A stretch of 64,000 nt of DNA from an uncultured Poribacteria bacterium (GTDB taxonomy: Bacteria; Poribacteria; WGA-4E; WGA-3G): NCBI GenBank assembly GCA_951813565.1, contig OX638351.1, positions 5,088,001 through 5,152,000 on the forward strand, in the 5' to 3' direction. Position numbers and translations under genes: made by a program. The notes under the pieces were generated by a model. The model made no database searches. It was not told the origin of the DNA and saw only the letters and a program-made list of their open reading frames with translations. Below are positions 60,084-64,000 of this stretch, piece after piece (position 1 is the first letter of the stretch; every line of letters begins with the position of its first letter).

Positions 60084-61491
60084 CGCAATAAGTAGTTTTG
60101 GACTTGCAACAAAATTTTAAAAATCGCTCTAAATCCTTGTTTAGACTACATTTTTCGCTTGTTTTAATTGTGAAAATATGATACAATTTAGATAAGAAAT
60201 TAGAGGGCTGTTAACCCCCTAATTGAACACAAAAAAGCGAGTTGCTTTTCTGGCATTCTGTCTTATCTAGTTATTGTATCAGAAACCTGTCAGAAAAAGC
60301 AACTCCTAAAAAGGAGTTTTCTGATGGATTTGTTGAAAGTGATGGAACGATTCCCTGATCAAGAGAGTTGTATTGAACATTTAGAGAGTATTCGGTGGAA
60401 GGGTAAACCGAAGTGTCCACATTGTGATTGCCTAAACGTGGCAAGACGAACAGAAACGGAATTGGGACGCATCGGACGCTTGCAATGCCACGATTGCACT
60501 GCTACTTTCAAGGTTACTTGTGGCACGGTGTTTCACGGGACAAAGATAGCACTTCAGAAGTGGTTTTTGGCTATCTCGTTGATGATGAATGCTAAAAAGA
60601 GCCTTTCAAGTCATCAGTTGGCAAGAGATTTGGACTTGGATCAAAAGACTGCGTGGCGTATGGGAACATGTATCCGTGCTGAAATGGCTAAAGATAATAT
60701 CCTCTTACAAGGTATCATAGAGGCTGACGAAACTTATGTCGGGGGTAAACCTCGCAAAGCGAACAAAAAAGAGGACAGGGATCCTGCTAAGCGTGGGCGT
60801 GGCACTGATAAAGATGCTATCATCGGAGCGATTGAACGCGGTGGGAAAGTTGTGGCAAGACTCGCAAAAGATTTGACGGGACGGACTATCTTAAATTTTA
60901 TTCGCGAAGTTGTTAAAGTAGATAAATCGCAGTTGATGACTGATGAGTATAAAGCTTATCTCACACTCGGTAAAGAGATGAAGCACCATATCATTGATCA
61001 TCAAGAACAATTTGTTGACGGTGATGTCCATACCAATACGATTGAAGGCTTCTGGTCACTTCTCAAACGTGCTTGGTATGGAAGTCATCACCACTATTGG
61101 ACTGAATACACGCCCCTATATGTCGCAGAGGCGTGCTATAAATACAACTATAGGAGCATTGAGAGCATTTTTGATAAGTTTGTCAATGAGAGTATGAGAT
61201 GAAGACTCACTCAACGATGGCAGAAAAACTTAAAGAATAAGGTCTTGACAAGCTGGACCACACTAATATCACAACGGCAAAACGATTAGAAGAATTGTCT
61301 GCCGTTGCAAAGTATCTATCAAGCGCGCTCAACTTTTATACCGATGTGAGTTGGAGGGGCAGAAGTTCTCACAGATTAGAGTTAGACATTAGTCTTCGCC
61401 GTTTAGTGCTTTTCCGAATTCTCATACCCTATTAAGTATAAATTTCCATAACGCTTAAGGGCTTTTTGCAAGTCCAAAACTACTTATTGCG
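60084..61491 (+). mobile_element. IS1595-family insertion sequence
   Basis: Perfect 26-bp TIR CGCAATAAGTAGTTTTGGACTTGCAA; 8-bp TSD AAAAATAA. Confidence 0.93.
60324..61202 (+). CDS. IS1595-family DDE transposase
   Basis: Zn ribbon CPHC/CHDC, HTH, IEADETYVGG, MTDE, HTNTIEGFWSLLKR. Confidence 0.95.
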   Translation: MDLLKVMERFPDQESCIEHLESIRWKGKPKCPHCDCLNVARRTETELGRIGRLQCHDCTATFKVTCGTVFHGTKIALQKWFLAISLMMNAKKSLSSHQLARDLDLDQKTAWRMGTCIRAEMAKDNILLQGIIEADETYVGGKPRKANKKEDRDPAKRGRGTDKDAIIGAIERGGKVVARLAKDLTGRTILNFIREVVKVDKSQLMTDEYKAYLTLGKEMKHHIIDHQEQFVDGDVHTNTIEGFWSLLKRAWYGSHHHYWTEYTPLYVAEACYKYNYRSIESIFDKFVNESMR

Positions 61492-61534
61492 AAAAATAAT
61501 GAAGCAAGTGATACACTTAAGGAACTAATTAATC

Positions 61535-62635
61535 ATGAAACAGAAACTGACACACCTCGCATTGGCATTTTTGCTATTGGCTGCAGTCGGTTGTGGAACT
61601 TCAGGGGATACGACGGACCCTGTCCCAATTGAAATCATGACAGGCTCCCTGCAGGGAGAGGTAGAATCTATTAAAGGCGTTTCAATTCAAGTCCGCTTGC
61701 TAAAAGCGGGCCAACTCGTCTCACAAGCCGAAGCACTTGGCAGTTACGAACTTGCAGAACTTGAAGAAGGGGATTATACGATACAAATTTCAGCCAAAGG
61801 CTTTGAAACTGTAGAAATGAACGTGACTGTCGTTGCGGGTCAAACCGTTTCATTGGACAAAGTGACACTCGTGGCATTGGCAGCGCCTGTATCACATCTG
61901 CGCGGGGTTTTAACCGACTCGGAAACGGGGGATACACTTTCTGATGTACTTGTCCAACTTACGGATAAGGCAGGTGAAGAGTACGAAACGTTAACAACGA
62001 AAGACGGTGTTTTTACCTTTGAGAACCTCCCTGTTGACCAAGTATTTACCTTGATGGTTCAGCATAAAGGTTATGAAGATAACACAGTTGATGTGGACCC
62101 GATTTCTGCCAATGAAACCTTTGAACTGGATGTAGCACTCAAAGCAATACCTGAACCTGAGGAGTTAGACCCAGGTCAAGGACTAAGTATTGGTAGTCAA
62201 GCACCGGAATTTCAGTTGTCTGATGGTAATCGTAACGAACACGCGCTTGCGGACTATGTCGGCAGCAAAAATGTGGCAATTGTTTTTTATCGCGGTGGTT
62301 GGTGACCGTTCTGTCGTGGACAACTCGGAGAGTTGCAAGATAATTATGATAAATTTAAAGCTGCAGGAGCAGAACTCATCGCAATTAGTTCCGATAGCGT
62401 AGGGGATACAAAACAGACGATTGATAAAGAAGGTCTCAAATTCGTAGTACTCGCTGATAACGACAGAGAGGTAATTAACGCTTACAACGTTGTTGATCCC
62501 GGTAACAACAGAATAGCTCGGCCTGCATCCTATATCATAAAACAAGATGGAACTATTGCATGGAAATTTCTTGATGTTCGCTTAGGAAATCGTGTGCCAA
62601 CTGCAGAGATTTTAGAGGAATTGGGTAAGCTTTGA
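61535..62635 (+). CDS. Putative selenoprotein: lipoprotein with carboxypeptidase-regulatory-like domains and an AhpC/TSA (Prx-like) domain, UxxC
   Basis: Lipobox LAAVGC; in-frame TGA at 62303 gives FYRGGW-U-PFC and the frame continues as the 62333..62635 ORF. Confidence 0.85.
62321..62335 (+). promoter_or_regulatory. Candidate SECIS apical hairpin
   Basis: CAACTC-GGA-GAGTTG, 15 nt after the UGA. Confidence 0.6.
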
Positions 62636-62855
62636 TAAACCTGTAGATGTCAATTTAGCGTTGATTTAAAGGTAGCAGGCACGCGCCGCGTGCTGTCTCC
62701 GCCTCATATGCTTTGGTATAATACGGCACACGGCGTGTACCTACTACTTTGCATACGCATTTATCGGCGTTGCAAATGCTTCCACAAGAGGTTGTGCTCC
62801 TTAACTCCTTAAATTAACATTTATGAGGTAGAACGCAGCGAAACCCAATTTATAT

Positions 62856-63151
62856 GAGGGTGTGCATAAATAATTCCGATGTTAAATATGCGCTTAAAGG
62901 TAGTCCGCACACGCCGTGGGTTTCCGTCCACAAGTTCAAAGAGGCGCAGCATGCCACACGGGGAATGCCATAAGGCATTCGGACCCGGTGAATGACTAAA
63001 TGTCATTCATACCGTTGATTTCTTGATTTGGCGCATGCTGCGTTGATTTGGCAATGAATTGCGCGACTACAAACGCATTTCTATAAATCAAGCGGCACCT
63101 GGCGTCTGTCCCTGTCTGTGTTGATGCGCCAAATATTTATGCACACCCCTC
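62856..63151. mobile_element. MITE family E copy 2
   Basis: TIR GAGGGTGTGCATAAATA / TATTTATGCACACCCCTC; 8-bp TSD ATTTATAT. Confidence 0.85.
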
Positions 63152-63202
63152 ATTTATATAGTATTTCAAATGCACATTAATACAAAAGAAAATTTATTAT
63201 TT

Positions 63203-64000
63203 ATGAAACAGATACAGATAATCTTTGGACTGGCGTTTTTGCTGTTGGCTGCATTGGGTTGCGGAACAACAGATAATCCTATCGGTGACGGAGAAAAAAT
63301 TGATACTTTAACAGGCACACTGCAAGGGGAGGTGCAGTCAATTGAGGGAGTAGCAATTCAGGTGCAGTTGTTAAAAGATGGGCAACTCGTAGCGAATGCC
63401 GAAGCACATGGCAGTTACGAACTGAATGATATTGAAGCAGGAGATTACACACTCCATATATCAGCCAATGGATACCAAGAAACGGAACTCAACGTCACTG
63501 TCGTTGGGGGAGAAACTGTCTCATTAGATAAAGTGTCACTTGTTGAATTAACAATGCCTAAACATGATTTGGATCCAGGTGAAGGATTGGTAATCGGCAG
63601 CCAAGCCCCAGAATTTGAACTGCCTGATGAAAATGGTGAGTTACACTCCTTTGCAGACTATATCGGAAATAATAAGAAGGTGGTGCTGGTCTTTTACCGA
63701 ACCGGTGGCTGAGGACTTTGCACAACACAACTCGTGGAGTTGCAAGAGAATTACGAAAAAATTCAAGCTGCAGGCACAGAACTTTTCGCTATCAGTTCAG
63801 AAAACGTGGCGTTAACGCAAAGGACAGTTGAAAACCATGGACTCAAATATCCTGTGCTCTCTGATAACAAAAAAGAGATGATTATTGCTTACAATGTGCT
63901 CGATCCATATAATACGAGAATTGCACGCCCTGCCGCGTATATTATTACGCCAGATGGAAAGGTTGCTTGGAAATCACTTGATACTGCGGGCGTGCGGGTA
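63203..64000 (+). CDS. Second putative selenoprotein paralogue (lipoprotein + Prx-like UxxC), partial at the window end
   Basis: Lipobox LAALGC; TGA at 63710 gives FYRTGG-U-GLC; frame stays open to the end of the window (QLVELQENYEKIQAAG...IARPAAYII). Confidence 0.85.
63728..63742 (+). promoter_or_regulatory. Candidate SECIS apical hairpin
   Basis: CAACTC-GTG-GAGTTG, 15 nt after the UGA. Confidence 0.6.

Noticed and set aside
61199..61440. Passenger gene in the IS1595 element
   Set aside because: Only short ORFs were found on the frames I read; no supportable product.
62303..62635. Nonsense pseudogene or separate 100-aa gene
   Set aside because: TGA at the same catalytic position in two diverged paralogues, each followed by the same hairpin, is better explained by selenocysteine.

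Overview
A 64-kb bacterial chromosomal window. The gene content (many PhyH dioxygenases, secreted LamG proteins with a shared C-terminal K-x-x-T-x-W-x-x-I/V-K tail, a giant TPR/LamG protein, Gfo/Idh/MocA oxidoreductases) suggests Candidatus Poribacteria; this is inference. About 45 CDS are supported, including msrA, serA, guaB and nuoI. Mobile DNA comprises a tnpB-only IS200/IS605 element, an intact IS1595-family element, and a dense intergenic population of MITE-like shells and GTAG-type REP palindromes. Main highlights: (1) two tandem lipoprotein/peroxiredoxin-like genes with an in-frame UGA in a UxxC motif and a conserved SECIS-like hairpin, split by the ORF track; (2) a family of 34-35 bp hairpin units ending CGTTGATT that insert at C^G sites in REPs and in each other; (3) an orphan phage terminase large subunit with an NQ Walker B, preceded by a repeat array and hit at its stop codon by the tnpB element; (4) a UvrD helicase carrying a degenerate RecJ fragment plus an intact DEDDh exonuclease; (5) a candidate C-terminal sorting signal; (6) a pseudoknotted leader RNA. 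No rRNA, tRNA or CRISPR array was seen. All calls come from reading motifs by eye; no searches were run.
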